Assembly: GCA_038087875.1 (NCBI GenBank)
Contig: CM075996.1
Location: 5,148,001 to 5,212,000, forward strand
DNA: 64,000 nucleotides
Reading direction: 5' to 3'
From: Malacoraja senta
Lineage: Eukaryota
Part shown: positions 52,001-64,000 of the stretch, piece after piece
Layout of the letters: each line of letters opens with the position of its first letter
Numbering within the stretch: the first letter of the stretch is position 1
Notes under the pieces: model-generated
Told to the model about the DNA's origin: nothing
Databases searched by the model: none
Seen by the model: only the letters and a program-made list of their open reading frames with translations
Position numbers and translations under genes: made by a program

Positions 52001-53705
52001 AGTTTAAGAATAAGGGGTAAGCCATTTAGAACAGATGAGGAAACACTTTTTCACACAGAGAGTTGTGAGTCTGTGGAATTCTCTGGTGGAGGTCGGTTCT
52101 CTGGATACTTTCAAGAGAGAGCTAGATAGGGCTCTTGAAGATAGTGGAGTCAGAGGATATGGGGAGAAGGCAGGAACGGGGTACTGATTGTGGATGATCA
52201 GCCATGATCACATTGAATGGCAGTGCTGGTTTGAAGGGCCAAATGGCCTACTCCTGCACCTATTGTCTATTGAGGGCCTAAGATATATGGAGAGGCTGGG
52301 CAGGCTTGGAGGCAAGGTGAAAGAGAGATGATCTTATAGAGGTCTATGTTCAAAAGGGGAATAAATTCGGTAAAAGACTTTGTGCATTTACCCTAAGGTT
52401 TAAGGTGAGAGGGGAAATATTTAACAGGAATCTAAGGGACACCGTTTTCCACACAGAGGGTAATAAGCAAATGGAATGAATTGCCGGAGGGGGTAGTTGA
52501 GGTAGAAACTATAACAACATTTAAAATGCATTTGGACAGGTACATGGACAGAGGGATATGGGCCAAACGCCGGCAGGTGGGACCAGTGTAGATGGTGCAC
52601 CTGTGTCGGCATGGGCAAGCTGGGCCGAAGTGCTTTTTTTCTGTGCTGTATGACTATGAGTCTTTCCATAGAAGCTGCCTGACATGCTGAGTATTTTCAA
52701 CATTTTGTTTTTATTTCAGATTTCCAGTATCTGCAGGGTTTTTTAAATTTCCAATCACGATTTGATTTACAGACTAGATGACAGCGAGAAAACGTGATCA
52801 AGTTTTTATTTATTACAATATTTAAAGAGCAAAAAGCTTTTTAAAAAGCTTTTCTAGAAGTAATACTTCTAGCATCTGTTTCGCATATCTGGGAGAAAAT
52901 TACTTTCACACTAGTTCAAGCCATCGTCCCCTCCATAGTTTTCCCCTTCCTGGAATCAGTGGTGAATGCTAAGGTACAGTTCCAATAGCGTCATTCATCC
53001 AACAAATACCACCTTTAAGTAGTTTAGTTTAGAAATAGTGCGGAAACAGGCCCTTAAGCCAACCGAGTCCGCACCGACTAGCAATCTCCCTCACATTAAC
53101 ACTATCCTACACGCATTAGGGACAATTTACTTATACCAAGCCAATTAACCTACAAACCTGTACATCTTTACCTGTAACCTGTACAAAGATCTCGGAGAAA
53201 GTCACGGGAAGGACGTACAGACAGCACCCGATCGAACCTGGGTTTCCGGCGCTGAAAACGCTGCAAGGCAGCAAATCTACCGCTGCGCCACTGTGCAGCA
53301 CTACAGTACTGACTATTTTTTCTAGGTACGTCAAATGCTACAGCGTTGAACTGGAACGGATTATATTTCAATTAGCTTTCCTTAGAATGTGCAAACACTC
53401 CACTGGGCAATTATGGTTGCAGCTTGAATAGGGAAGATTAACCCATGACCTCCTTAACTTATATGGCTTTGTACTACAGTACATTATGTACTTACACACT
53501 CAGCCATTAACTTGCATCCATATATACTTCATATTCTAATATTTAGCCACATTTTGCTTCATGCCTCAAAGGATATTTTTCCATTTCACCTACCAGCCTC
53601 AGCTGTGTCAAGCTTTAGGGCACGGCCTTTAAAACTCAGCTCTCCTCCACCCACTTGAGTCTTTGCAAGAGAGTCCGCCAACTGAGAAATATCCTCAGAA
53701 GCCAT
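31003..53705 (-). CDS. RANGAP1: Ran GTPase-activating protein 1, complete gene (15 coding exons, 1773 nt, 590 aa)
   Basis: Exons 53594-53705, 51513-51640, 48259-48318, 47045-47224, 44575-44709, 42176-42334, 41901-42014, 39708-39807, 39241-39325, 38351-38555, 36435-36545, 35422-35524, 34181-34269, 32609-32730, 31003-31072. All introns are GT-AG and phases join into one open frame. Protein runs [21 protein letters not shown]...[17 protein letters not shown]...acidic tract...MGLLKSEEK...LLETMANL*. Confidence 0.97.
32609..32730 (-). CDS. RANGAP1: RANGAP1 coding exon 14
   Basis: [40 protein letters not shown](K); 122 nt; completes the LK|SE SUMO motif. Confidence 0.93.
33266..33758 (+). mobile_element. 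CR1-like LINE fragment in a RANGAP1 intron
   Basis: [27 protein letters not shown]...[14 protein letters not shown]. Confidence 0.88.
34181..34269 (-). CDS. RANGAP1: RANGAP1 coding exon 13
   Basis: [29 protein letters not shown]; 89 nt. Confidence 0.95.
35422..35524 (-). CDS. RANGAP1: RANGAP1 coding exon 12
   Basis: [34 protein letters not shown](D); 103 nt. Confidence 0.93.
36435..36545 (-). CDS. RANGAP1: RANGAP1 coding exon 11
   Basis: [37 protein letters not shown]; 111 nt. Confidence 0.92.
38351..38555 (-). CDS. RANGAP1: RANGAP1 coding exon 10 (acidic tract)
   Basis: [19 protein letters not shown](D)n...[26 protein letters not shown]; 205 nt, donor ATG|GTAAGC. Confidence 0.92.
38612..39087 (+). 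mobile_element. CR1-like LINE 3' fragment in a RANGAP1 intron
   Basis: [11 protein letters not shown]...[16 protein letters not shown]...[10 protein letters not shown]. Confidence 0.85.
39241..39325 (-). CDS. RANGAP1: RANGAP1 coding exon 9
   Basis: [27 protein letters not shown](S); 85 nt. Confidence 0.95.
39708..39807 (-). CDS. RANGAP1: RANGAP1 coding exon 8
   Basis: [33 protein letters not shown](G); 100 nt. Confidence 0.95.
41901..42014 (-). CDS. RANGAP1: RANGAP1 coding exon 7
   Basis: [38 protein letters not shown]; 114 nt. Confidence 0.95.
42176..42334 (-). CDS. RANGAP1: RANGAP1 coding exon 6
   Basis: [53 protein letters not shown]; 159 nt. Confidence 0.95.
42726..43900 (+). mobile_element. 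Probable DIRS-like retroelement remnant with a gag-like ORF (ATG 42964 to stop 43581)
   Basis: Abrupt GC/CpG-rich insert beginning TTTTACTTCGGAGTCACGTGAGTGACTACGTG in an AT-rich intron; 205-aa ORF. Family assignment is from memory and unverified; the right boundary is uncertain. Confidence 0.45.
43932..44515 (-). mobile_element. L2-like LINE 3' fragment
   Basis: [16 protein letters not shown]...[18 protein letters not shown]; (TTA)n tail. Confidence 0.85.
44575..44709 (-). CDS. RANGAP1: RANGAP1 coding exon 5
   Basis: [45 protein letters not shown]; 135 nt. Confidence 0.95.
45058..45235 (-). mobile_element. Rex1/Babar-like RT fragment
   Basis: Minus strand: [44 protein letters not shown]. 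Confidence 0.6.
47045..47224 (-). CDS. RANGAP1: RANGAP1 coding exon 4
   Basis: [28 protein letters not shown]...[12 protein letters not shown]; 180 nt. Confidence 0.95.
48259..48318 (-). CDS. RANGAP1: RANGAP1 coding exon 3
   Basis: [20 protein letters not shown]; 60 nt. Confidence 0.95.
51513..51640 (-). CDS. RANGAP1: RANGAP1 coding exon 2
   Basis: [42 protein letters not shown]; 128 nt, GT-AG flanks. Confidence 0.95.
51890..52660 (+). mobile_element. CR1-like LINE fragment with a second CR1 3' end (about 51992-52272) nested inside
   Basis: [23 protein letters not shown] interrupted by RGHSLRIRG...(CTATTGT) tail, then resumes. Confidence 0.7.
53594..53705 (-). CDS. RANGAP1: RANGAP1 coding exon 1
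   Basis: [37 protein letters not shown]; acceptor at 53716-53717, donor G|GTAGGT. Confidence 0.95.
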
Positions 53706-55219
53706 CTCCTAACACCTGTTGAGAAAGTCATTTTAGGCAGAGTACAAAAAAGTCCCAAAAAAACACACAGAAAAAAAAAGTATTTGCTATTCAATTAGCA
53801 AAACAAATACTCTACATAATAAGGAATTACTGTAACCAGAACTCACTTGGCTCTGCAATAACCACTGTATTAATTTGTGCCATAACGAGGAAGGAAAAGT
53901 TCATGTTTTCGGGAACAATAACGTTAGGTCCCTATCATACAAGTTAGTGAAGAATCAGACACCAATATCACAAGGTATTTCAACCTCGCCACGCTCCCCA
54001 AAATCTAGCGCTATAGCACTCCATAAGAAGAAAATGTTCCACTCAAGAAAACACTAACATGAGTTACTCCAGCATTTTGTGTCTATTAGTAGACTTTGAT
54101 ATAGACATACTCTTCCGACATGTTCTACCTATCTAATTTGATTCTTTCAGCTGTGTGTCTTGGAATTTGATGAAGTATTCTGCGCAGAGAGGGTAAGTAG
54201 AAGTGGGTAAGCTGTCTGACATATCTCCTGTACATTGTCCTGGTCTCGCAGGCATAAACAACAGCATTATATACCTTCAGCTTGGTCTTTAGGCGGATTC
54301 CTCATCGTTCCCATATTTTACATATCAGTCTTCCAAAAGCAGAGCAAAGTTGTTGCCGCCAAAGGTTAACTTTATTCAGATGTCAGTAATGCACTCCTTG
54401 TCACATCCACACAATTTTAAAACCCAGTCCCACTATTCCAATTTCTTAACCGGGTAAATAATTTGGTGTCAATTCACTGAGCAAATTTAGGCAAGATTCA
54501 AGTAATGAGCTTTATCAAACTCCTTCTAGAAATAATATCCATAAATATTTCCTAGTTTACTGCACTGGTTCCAGATCTGGAACATTTTTGAACAGCTAGC
54601 ACAAACTCAGACCCTACAAAAATCAGGTTTTTAGCACAATTTGTCTTCAAATTCTTACTAGCTTACTTAGCAGAATTTTTTGACCCATAGCTCAACAATT
54701 ACTCAAAGGATAGCAGTTAGAATAAATCTATTATAACTTCCTGGTTTCATTCTGTAAACTTTGAGATTATAGTCAATTCCTCAAATTACAGGAAGAGTTG
54801 CTAAACTGAGAGAATTTGACATTAGGACATCTGAAAAATTCTCACCCACCTCAAAACATCTAACCTAAAAAGGATGGCATTCTATACTAGCACAATTTCA
54901 AAGTAATATATGCCAAGATGTGCATCTTGGACTGAATGGTCTCATCCTTTGTCACAAATGTCTATTTATATCACAGCAATTTTCTGTGTCTTATTTACAC
55001 TATATCCTTTACCTTCCAAAAAAATTGGGAATTTATTCATTTTGATATACCATGCAAATTTATTTTCAAACCTGTCTTTACCGTTTCATTCTCTTTGTAC
55101 CTTTCCCATAAAGAAGAATCTATATAGGTGTCAGTCTCTGCTGAACCATACTGCACCAATCCTGTTAACCAACCATCCAAATTTACTCGTCTAACTTGTC
55201 CTTTCAAAAATCATATTCA

Positions 55220-55990
55220 GAGGCATCTGTGGAAGGAAATGGGCAGGTGACATTTTGGGTCAGGCCCCTTCTTCAGAGTGATGGGAGATAGCTGGTAGAA
55301 AGAGGTCAGGGGAAGGAAAGGGGCAAGAGCTGCAGAGTAAAAGGTGGATCCAGAGGCTGTTTGGCACTTCAGGTGGGAGAAAGGAAGGCGATAGTAATCA
55401 AGGTTGGAGGTGACGTGGAGCAGACTGAATTATGCAAAACGTAGAATCTGATATGAAAGTGGGGTGTAAATGGGTGGGGAAGTAAAATTGTAGATGGGGG
55501 GGGGAGGAAGGGGCAAGGGGAGTGAAAAGAAAGCAGTGCTGGAGGGTGGGGTGCAGGGGGGGGGGGAGATAAAGTTTGTTGGATGACAAGAGGGAGTAGT
55601 TTACCTGACATTGGAAAATTCGACTGTCAAGACTTTGGTTTGTCGGCTACCCAAGTGAAACATGAGATACTAGTTTTCCATTTGGCCTCACTCTGGCAGT
55701 GGAGGTGGCCAAGGACAGATCAGTATTGGGGGGGGGGGGGGGGGCAAGGGGAATTAAAATGGCCCTGGCAGACAGAGTTCAGGTGTTCAGCAAACTAGTT
55801 ACCTAGACTACACTCAGGCTCCCTGATGTAGAAGAGACCACACCAAGAGCACTGAAAGCATTAGATGAGGTTGGAGGTCTGTGCAAACCATTATCTCATC
55901 TGGAAGTGTTTAGTAGCTGAATGGAGACAGGGGAGGAGGTGGAGGGACAGTTATTGCTTCTCCTACAAAGGCAGAGTAAAGTGCCCGGGG
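55220..55990 (-). mobile_element. Penelope-like element fragment
   Basis: Degenerate endonuclease C-terminus on the minus strand (..SEAKWK..SHVSLG..NFPMSG) and a pyrimidine-rich 3' UTR ending in the CTGAAGAAGGGG repeat. Confidence 0.55.
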
Positions 55991-56140
55991 GAGGGGAAAG
56001 GACCAAGGGAACTAAGGATGTGTGGGAAAGAACTGCAAATGCTGGTTTAAACCAAAGATAGACACAAAAAACTGGAGTAATTCAGCGAGTCAGACAGCAA
56101 CTCTGGAGAAAAGGAATAGGTGACTTTTCGGGTCTGAAGA

Positions 56141-56885
56141 AGTCAAGTCAAGTCAATTTTATTTCTATAGCACATTTAAAAACAACTCTCGTTGACCAAA
56201 GTGCTTTACATCAGTGCAGGTACTAATGTGCTACATACAATTGTACATAGATCTAACAATACATACATAAATACATACATGCAGCGCTCCCTCAGAGGAC
56301 CTCAAGAAACGCTTGTGAGTAGAAATAGGTTTTAAGTCTAGACTTAAAGGAGTCGATGGAGGGGGCAGTTCTGATGAGAATAGGGATGCTGTTCCACAGT
56401 CTAGGTGCTGCAACCGCAAAAGCGCGGTCGCCCCTGAGCTTAAACCTGGACCGGGGGATAGTCAGTAGCCCCAAGTCGGCCGACCTGAGGGATCTGGAGG
56501 TAGAATGGTGGGTTAGCAGATTTTTGATATAGGTGGGGGCAAGCCCGTTAAGGGCTTTGTATACATATAGGAGGAGCTTGAAATTGATTCTGTACCGTAC
56601 TGGGAGCCAGTGGAGAGAGGCCAGAATCGGGGTGACGTGGTCCCTTTTACGGGTACCCGTCAGAAGTCTCGCTGTTGCCGTTTTGGACCAATTGCAGGCG
56701 GGACAGGGATGATTGGCTGATGCCAGTGTATAAGGAGTTGCAGTAATCAAGGCGGGAGATAAATGCATGGATGATCTTTTCAAGGTCGTCAAATTGGAGG
56801 AATGTTTTTTTGATTTTAGCTATCGTGCGCAGCTGGAAGAAGCTTGCTTTTACCACGGCATTGACTTGTTTGTCAAACTTCAATA
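56141..56885 (-). mobile_element. L2-like LINE 3' fragment inserted into a Penelope-derived palindrome
   Basis: SRLDYCNSLY...HVTPILASLHWLPVRYRINFKLLLYVYKALNGLAP...FKSRLKTYF; (GACTT)n tail. Confidence 0.9.
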
Positions 56886-58739
56886 ATTCAAGAAGGGTCT
56901 CGACCAAAAACTTCACCTATTCCTTAAAGGAACTAAGGAATCGGGGACAGTGCCTCTATTAAACTCCAGGTGATTGATTTGTATATACCATTAACGAAAT
57001 TCTGCCACATCGACATATAGTATGGGCTAACCTTTATAAATCCATGCTGGCTTTATCTATTCAGCTGAAAATTGAAAGATCAGCACACTCGCTCATGAAC
57101 AGAACCTCGTGATTTCTCACAAACCAATGTTAAATTAATTATAATATAACAAAGAATCGTAGCGGACAGGAACAGATCCTTAGGCCCACAAAGTTACCAA
57201 GTTAAACTAATCTTCTCTGCCTGCATGTGATGCACATCATGTGCCCATCTAAAAGCCTCTTAAAGGCTACCAACACCTCTCCCCTGGCTGCACATTCCAG
57301 GCACCACCACTCTGTTTAAAAAAAAACTTGCCCCTCACATCTCATTTAAACTTTGCCCCTCTGATCTTAAAAGGTATGCCCTCTAGTCCTTGACTTTTTC
57401 AGCCTGGGTTAAAAGTTCTGACAGTCTACCCTCTCTATGCCTCTCATTATTTTATATATAATTTTTCTAATTTTCCCTCCATAAACATTTTTAAGGATTA
57501 AAGGATAATTTGTCAATCTTAAAGAACTGTTGAATTAAAGAAAACACATTTTGGCTTTTTATTGTAAACACAAAACTTGTTACCTTTCCATCTTTGACTC
57601 AAGATGTGAAAATTCTGCAGGTAAACAATCGTCTTTGTTACACGCTTGCCTATTTCACACACAACAGCCAGGTATGCTGATCAAAACACAGTGTTGAAGC
57701 AAATCAGCAGGAAAGGCAGCATCAGTGGAGGGAATGGATAGGTGACAATTCGGATTGGGATCCTTCTTCAGAAATGTTGCCTGTCCATTCCCTCCACAGA
57801 TGATACATGATATATGTATTTTTACTTCTATTTATTTTTTACTGCACACTGAAATGGACACTGGTTGAGGAACGTTTTTTTGTTTCCTCTGGGTATGCGA
57901 ATACTCAGGAAATGACAATAAAGATATACAATACAACACAGATGCTGCCTGCCCAACTGATTTATACCATCAGACGGAAGGGTCTCGACCCAAAACGTCA
58001 CCCACTCCTACGATTCAGAGATGCTGCCTGTCCCGCTGAGTTACTCCAGAATTTAGTGTCTATCTTCCGAGTTATTCCAGGACTTTTTTGATCAGGATTC
58101 CAGAATCTTGTGTAACCATGTGAACTGATTTTTTTTTCCAGTACTCTTGACAACATTGTTGTGTCATCATCAACTGCTGGGAAGGGTTACAATAATACAC
58201 ACAGCAGTCTGCCCAGATCACAGACACCCTTCTGAACAACCCTAGAGGTGGGGAGAAATCTCAGCAGTACTGTTCAGCAACGATCCTATAGCGGAGCACC
58301 CTGTCCCCGAATCATTAGACACCCCTGACATGTTAGCACGCATTCAAGACTCCAGGGCGGAAATAGGTGACTGTTACACTGTCTAAAGGCCCCATTACTT
58401 ATGATGAGACATTAAAACCAAGACATTAAACCCTGCTGTGAATCAAGGAACAAGCTTGGCTCTGGGAGCACGTTGATGACAATGAGGTGATAACCAGACA
58501 CCAGCTCTACATCCAAACACCTACCGATCTCTGCCTCCAATGCACTCAGAGACGGCGCCTCTGGTTGTTTATCACTAGCAGAACACGTTACTTAAATTAT
58601 TAACAAACCGCTTATAAAGCCTCCAGCGTCACTTAGAAATCATAATTAACAGCAATTTGTCGAAAAAAATCACTAAAAACACCTCAGAAAATCAATGTGC
58701 AAATAAAAATACCACAAACCGTTCGGATTGAAAGCAATT

Positions 58740-58985
58740 TAACAGCTCGCTCCACGCGCCGAGTTTTTTTTACTTAATGGCGGTCAACGCTTTTCAAACC
58801 GGCATCTAGTGAGTTCCGCCGTTTCTTCCTGCGCATGTGCAAAGAGCCAAGCACTGTGGGGGTTGTAGTTCTACCCGAGACGGCGCTCATTCCGTTCAGG
58901 CCGGGCTGATGCCCCTCATGAACTACATTTCCCTGTGAACGTTGCGCGAACGGGTTTCCCCGCCCTTTCGATTGCATACGAAAGA
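58740..58985. promoter_or_regulatory. Likely RANGAP1 housekeeping promoter
   Basis: Local CpG enrichment about 5 kb upstream of the first coding exon. YY1-like AATGGCGG (58776-58783), NRF1-like TGCGCATGTGCA (58830-58841), and two ZNF143/THAP11 ACTACAnnTCCC-type motifs in opposite orientation (58851-58870 minus, 58921-58940 plus). Confidence 0.7.
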
Positions 58986-59097
58986 AAGCCGGTTTGCAAG
59001 CGTGAGTCTCTCAACAGCACCACCTGCAGGCGTAAGGGCAGCACTTTGCAGGGACCCTTCCAAATGTTCTCCACAATACAAACTTTTTTGTACACAT

Positions 59098-59412
59098 TTA
59101 GCCTGTCATCGGTGGTGGGGAAGGTGCTGGCGTCAATTATAAAAGATGAAATAGAGGCACATTTGGATAGCAGTAACAGGATCGGTCCGAGTCAGCATGG
59201 ATTTACGAAGGGGAAATCATGCTTGCCTAATCTTCTGGAATTTTTTTAGGATGTAACTAGGAAAATGGACAAGGGATAGCCAGTGGATGTAGTGTACCTG
59301 GACTTTCAGAAAGCATTTGATAAGGCCCCATATAGGAGATTAGTGGGCAAAATTAGAGCACATGGTATTGGGAGTAGGATACTGACATGGATAGAAAATT
59401 GGTTGGCAGACA
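59098..59412 (+). mobile_element. CR1-like LINE RT fragment
   Basis: SLSSVVGKVLASIIKD...SQHGFTKGKSCLPNLLEFF...VDVVYLDFQKAFDK. Confidence 0.88.
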
Positions 59413-62400
59413 GCATGATAAAAAGACAGCATTCCATAATGAAATCAAAATTCTGGTACCAAGCACAGAACTGAGAAGGCCATCAACAGGTCCAGGCATT
59501 GAGGGGTCCATTCAGCACCACCTTGTACTTCTTCCACAGCTGTGATTCATTGTCAATGAGTGCTGCAAAGATTCCTTTGTCCACCCGGTTTTCCATGATG
59601 AGTGTAGCACCTCCACCAGGCCCATCACCCCTCTACATTGTGATAACATTTGCCGTAAATGTGCTCTTCTAAATTGTTATAAATCGTAGCAAAGTGCCAG
59701 GAATAAGAGTCCCTTGTCTTTGAATGGGCATAAATTTAAGAAGAGGCAATGGGACTATAAGGAAGAACTCGGGTTAATAGTAGTAGTAGTAGTTGTGGTG
59801 GTAGGTTCAGCATTGGAAAAAGAGAAAGACACACACATACACAAAAACGGAACTGCATATGCTAGTTTACCAAAAAAAGGCACAAAGTACTGGAGTAACT
59901 CAGCTGGTCAGGCAGCATCTGTGGACTTGGATGTTCTCCAGAGATGCTGCCTGACTCGCTGAGTTGCTCCAGCACTTTGTGTCTTTTGTTTCAGAGAAAG
60001 AGAGAGAGAGAGATGGACTAAGTACAATTTTAGGACGTCAGGAGGTATTGCTTCCTTCTGAATCAGAGAGCAGAAGGCGGAGCGCGGGGTGGAGCATGCT
60101 GTGGCGATGGAGCAGAAACTTCAGCGTTAAACCTTCAGTAACTGGATGGGCAAATGTGATTTTAATCCAGAAACCGGCAGGGCGGCCAGAGAGAGGGAAT
60201 AAACCCCACTGAAAGAGGTAAACTGATGAAAAATGCAATGTGGAAAAAGATATCGTGGCCACTAGCTTTTATTCTTCAAATTCTCTTCTTTGAGCCGTTG
60301 CACGGTTAGGTTTCGGTTTCTTTCTCTTTTCAAGTCTCCTTATCTTCATGTGGTCCGACCTCCGGACTCGTTTGCAGTAGAGCAGGGGACCTGTTTGGTG
60401 GCCGGGGAGGGAACTACGCAACACCGCGGCTTTATTTTTTGTTGCAGGCCTCAACTGCTTTTGTGTGAATTAATTTCCAGACAAGGAGTGAGCTAATTTA
60501 ATCAATTATTAAAGTCCACGTGCTCCCACTCTAATTTCGTAATCTAGTCGAGCTTTCCTCTAACACTTGGAAAGAATATTTTACTTTCAGAATCGGATTT
60601 GTTTTTATTTTAATTTCACCCTAACCATTCATTCTGCACACTGAAGCATAACTTCCATATATTTAAACGGGTTTGTGGCCTGCACAATCTCCCTGACTCT
60701 CTAAATTTAAATAATGTCCATGATTTTGAAACTCTGATATATTCAACTTTATTTATGATTGTAGTTTAGTCACTGGAATAATAAGAAATATGTGTATTTC
60801 TTTAGTACCTTATTACATTCCAAAGTACATATTGGATAATTAAGTACATTAAAAACGAAGCGATCATATACACGTGGATTTACTCTAGTGGTGTGATACT
60901 AACCAGATTACATTGCACTTATGTTGGTGAGAAAAGTGCAATGACTACAGCATCTTTTTTGAGTTACTATCAAAGGATTTTTCACGAGGAAGCATAAAAT
61001 GGCTGTAGTGTTGAGGTAGAGCTGCTCCCTCACTGTGCCAGAGACTAGGGTTCGATCTGATCTCGGATGCTATGTGTGCGGAGTTTGCATGTTCCCCCTT
61101 TCGCGGTGTGGGTTTCCTCCGGGTGCTCTGGTTTCCTCTCGCATCCCGAAATCGTGCGGATTTTGTAGGCTAATTGGCCTCCATAAATTGCTCCTCGTGT
61201 GTAGGGAATGGATGAGGAAGTACAATAACATAGAACTAGTGTGAACGAGTGATCGATGGTCGTGTGGACTCAGTGGGCCGAAAAACATGTCTCTAAACGA
61301 AACATTTCTCCATCCGTGTGTTGTTCAGTACTATGTTAAAGAATCAACCCTTTTGCTACAAATCATTAAAGTGGGCCTTGGTCTCACAATCTTCAGTGTT
61401 GGAGGTGATCAGAATGTGTATTTGTAACTTAATCCCCATATTGGGTTTGTCTTGATCTTACTTTGCAAATCAATTGCATACTGTGTGTTGGAGAAACAAG
61501 GAACTGTAGATGCTGGTTTACAAATAAAGACACAAAGTGCTGGAGTAACTCAACTGGTCAGGCAACATCTTTGGAGAACATGGATAGGTGACGTTTAGGA
61601 TCAGTATCCTCTTTCAGACTGATTGCGGAGGGGGAGGACAAAGCCGAGCGAGTGATAGGTGGATACAGATGAAGGAGGGGGTTGATCGGCAGATAGTTGG
61701 ACGAAGACCAGAGAGGAAAAGACAAAAGGTGTGTGATAAGGATAGAAGAAGTGCAAATTGTGAAGCCAGAGGAAGGAATATAGATGCAAGAGGATGGGAG
61801 AAATGGATGCGTGTCCAAGTGGGGCACAGAGAGGGGAGGAGGGGAAGGGGTGAGGGGGGTTTGTAGGTATACTGTGTTCACATTTATAAAGAAAATTATT
61901 GATGTAGCTTATCAATTATTCACTCCTCCTGATGAGGCAATCTCATTCCTGTACTTGAGTGATGAAAAAAAGCATATATTGCATGTTTGAATTGGAAGCA
62001 GGAGTAGGCCTCTCGTTCCCTCAAGCCCATTCTGTCATTTAATAACTTAAGCCCTCCTAGATAACTGAAGCATAGCTTCCTGGTGACACGAGAAACTGCA
62101 GACACTGGACGCTTTATCAAAACATAAAGTGTTGGATGAACTGCAAGCAGTATCTGGAGGAAATGAACAGATGATGTTGCGGGTCAGGACCATTCTTCAG
62201 ACTGATGACAGGAGTTTCTTTGGTACTTTGTGTTTTGCTAATAACGAACTGTTTTTCCACTTAATTCACCTAGCAATAAAAAATAACATAATTAGTTTAC
62301 TTAATGACTTGCTGTATCAGCAAATCAGCCTTTTGGGAATTATATAGGAGGGCACCTGCATCTTAGAGTTCTGCAATCTTTCACTATTTAGATAATATGC

Positions 62401-62565
62401 TTTTTAATGTTCCTGCAAAGTGGACCATATAGCATTTATACACTGCCTTTTGTCCATTCACCTAATCTATCTTTATCTCCTGATGAATAATAATGGTAGA
62501 GCAATGGATGTTGTCTACATGGACTACAATAAGGTCCTTCATGGTTGGCTGATCCCGAAGATTAA

Positions 62566-63243
62566 AGCCCCTGTCCCACTTGCGTGTCCTTGGCACGCTA
62601 ATTACGCGACCTCGTCGTCGCGTTGAGGCGCGACGGTCCCGCGAGAGTCGCACGCGACGTCATGCGCCCGCACAGCCGTCTGGAGCGCGTGACGTCATTT
62701 GAAGATGGACACAACATGCAGGAGTAACTAAGCAGGCAGCATCTCTGGAGAGAAGGAATGGGTGATGTTTCGGGTCGAGACCCTTCTACAATCTTAAAGA
62801 AGGGCCTTGACCCGAAATATCATCCATTCCTTCTCTCCAGTGATGCTGCCGGTCCCACTGAGTTACTCCTGCATTTTGTGTCTATCTTCAAGTTTCTTAG
62901 CCCCGCTCTGGGAGTAGAAGTGGGGGCGGACTGGATCCGCAACTGCCGTGAGCCCCAGGCCGAGCTCGGCGATCGTTTGCCTGCTTCTGCTGTTGGAGGT
63001 GAGACGTTGCGTCGCGCCAGGGTCTCGGGCCTGTCCCACATTGACCGTCAGTTACGCGACAGGCTGGTGGCGCGCGAAGATTTAGTTCGGTACGAAATCC
63101 CAGAGCGTCGCGCGATGTCGCGCACAACTCCATACCCCTCCGCGCTTTTCAGTGGGACCGGCCCCGCGCGGCCACACAATGCCCGTGCCCCTCAACACGA
63201 CGACGAGGTCGCGTGCCAAGGACACGTAAGTGGGACAGGGCCT
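62566..63243. mobile_element. PIF/Harbinger-like MITE with TAA target duplication, inserted in a CR1 LINE
   Basis: TIRs AGCCCCTGTCCCACTTGCGTGTCCTTGGCACG / CGTGCCAAGGACACGTAAGTGGGACAGGGCCT; TAA on both sides. Confidence 0.8.
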
Positions 63244-63246
63244 TAA

Positions 63247-63925
63247 GACACGCAGGATTCATAGTGACTTGGTAGATTGGATTTAACATTTGCATGGCCA
63301 TAGAAGACAGATAGATGGCAGTAGTGGAGGTCTGCAACCATTGGTGTTCCTCAGGGATCAGTGCTGGGACCTTTGAGGTATGTGGTCTAAATAAAATAAT
63401 TTGGATGAAAATATAAATGGGCTGATTATTAATTTTGAGTTGTGGAAATAGAAGAATGTTGCCAAGATATAGATCGGAGATATATGGGAAGAGAAAAGGT
63501 AGGTGCAGATTAATCCAAACTAGTGAAGGTTGAATGGAGGGGGGGAAATATATAACGACTGGCAGGACCCTTAACAGCATTGAAGTACAGATGGATTTTA
63601 GGGTGCAAGTCAGCTCCATGAAAGTGGCAACACAAGTAGATAGGGTGGTAAAGAACACAAATGCCATGTGCCTCATTTCTTTGGTTTTGAGGCATGGTAC
63701 AACAGTAAGGACGTCATGTTGCAGCTTTATAAAATTTTGGGTTCGGCCACAATTGGGGTATTGTAGGCAGTTGTGATTGCTGCATTGCAGGAAGGATGTG
63801 GAGGCTTTGGAGAGGGCGCAGAAGCGATTTACCAGAACGTTGCCTGGATTAGAGTGTATTAGATTGTTTTCTCGGGAATGCTGGAGGACAGAAGTATATA
63901 AAGTTATGAGTGGGCATCGATGAGA
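63247..63925 (+). mobile_element. Degenerate CR1-like LINE (continues the fragment at about 62480-62565)
   Basis: GVPQGSVLGP..., KVATQVDRVVK..., VRPQLGYC, RKDVEALERAQKRFTRTLPGL. Confidence 0.8.
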
Positions 63926-64000
63926 TATGTTATGACTTTTCCCCAAATAATGTGACCTTTTCGAATTGAGCCGCTCCGAGGCTGATGCTGGCTGATGCAA

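Noticed and set aside
59964..64000. ZC3H7B coding sequence expected from human synteny
   Set aside because: No matching peptide seen in any frame; the ORFs here are LINE/MITE-derived or non-coding.

Overview
Vertebrate genomic DNA, most likely a cartilaginous fish (skate/ray-like, inferred from the V-SINE, CR1/L2, Penelope and Harbinger-MITE repeat complement). It contains one 200-N assembly gap. Three protein-coding units can be read from the sequence. (1) The first coding exon of a CHADL-like gene on the minus strand (1200-1379), which runs out of the window. (2) A complete 3-exon plus-strand gene (15397-23044, 638 aa) whose ectodomain matches chondroadherin repeat-for-repeat but continues into a Ser/Thr stalk, an FN3 domain, a transmembrane helix and a cytoplasmic tail, i.e. 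a candidate membrane-receptor form of a normally secreted cartilage matrix protein. (3) A complete 15-coding-exon RANGAP1 on the minus strand (31003-53705, 590 aa) with a ZNF143/NRF1/YY1-type promoter near 58.8 kb. CHADL-RANGAP1 matches the human 22q13 gene order, where I know of no intervening gene. Also present: a decayed histone H4 retrocopy fused through its 3' stem-loop to a LINE 3' end, nested transposon insertions with readable target-site duplications, Penelope-derived palindromes with minimal hammerhead-like cores, and two local duplications. All homology calls come from reading the sequence against remembered reference proteins; no database search was run.
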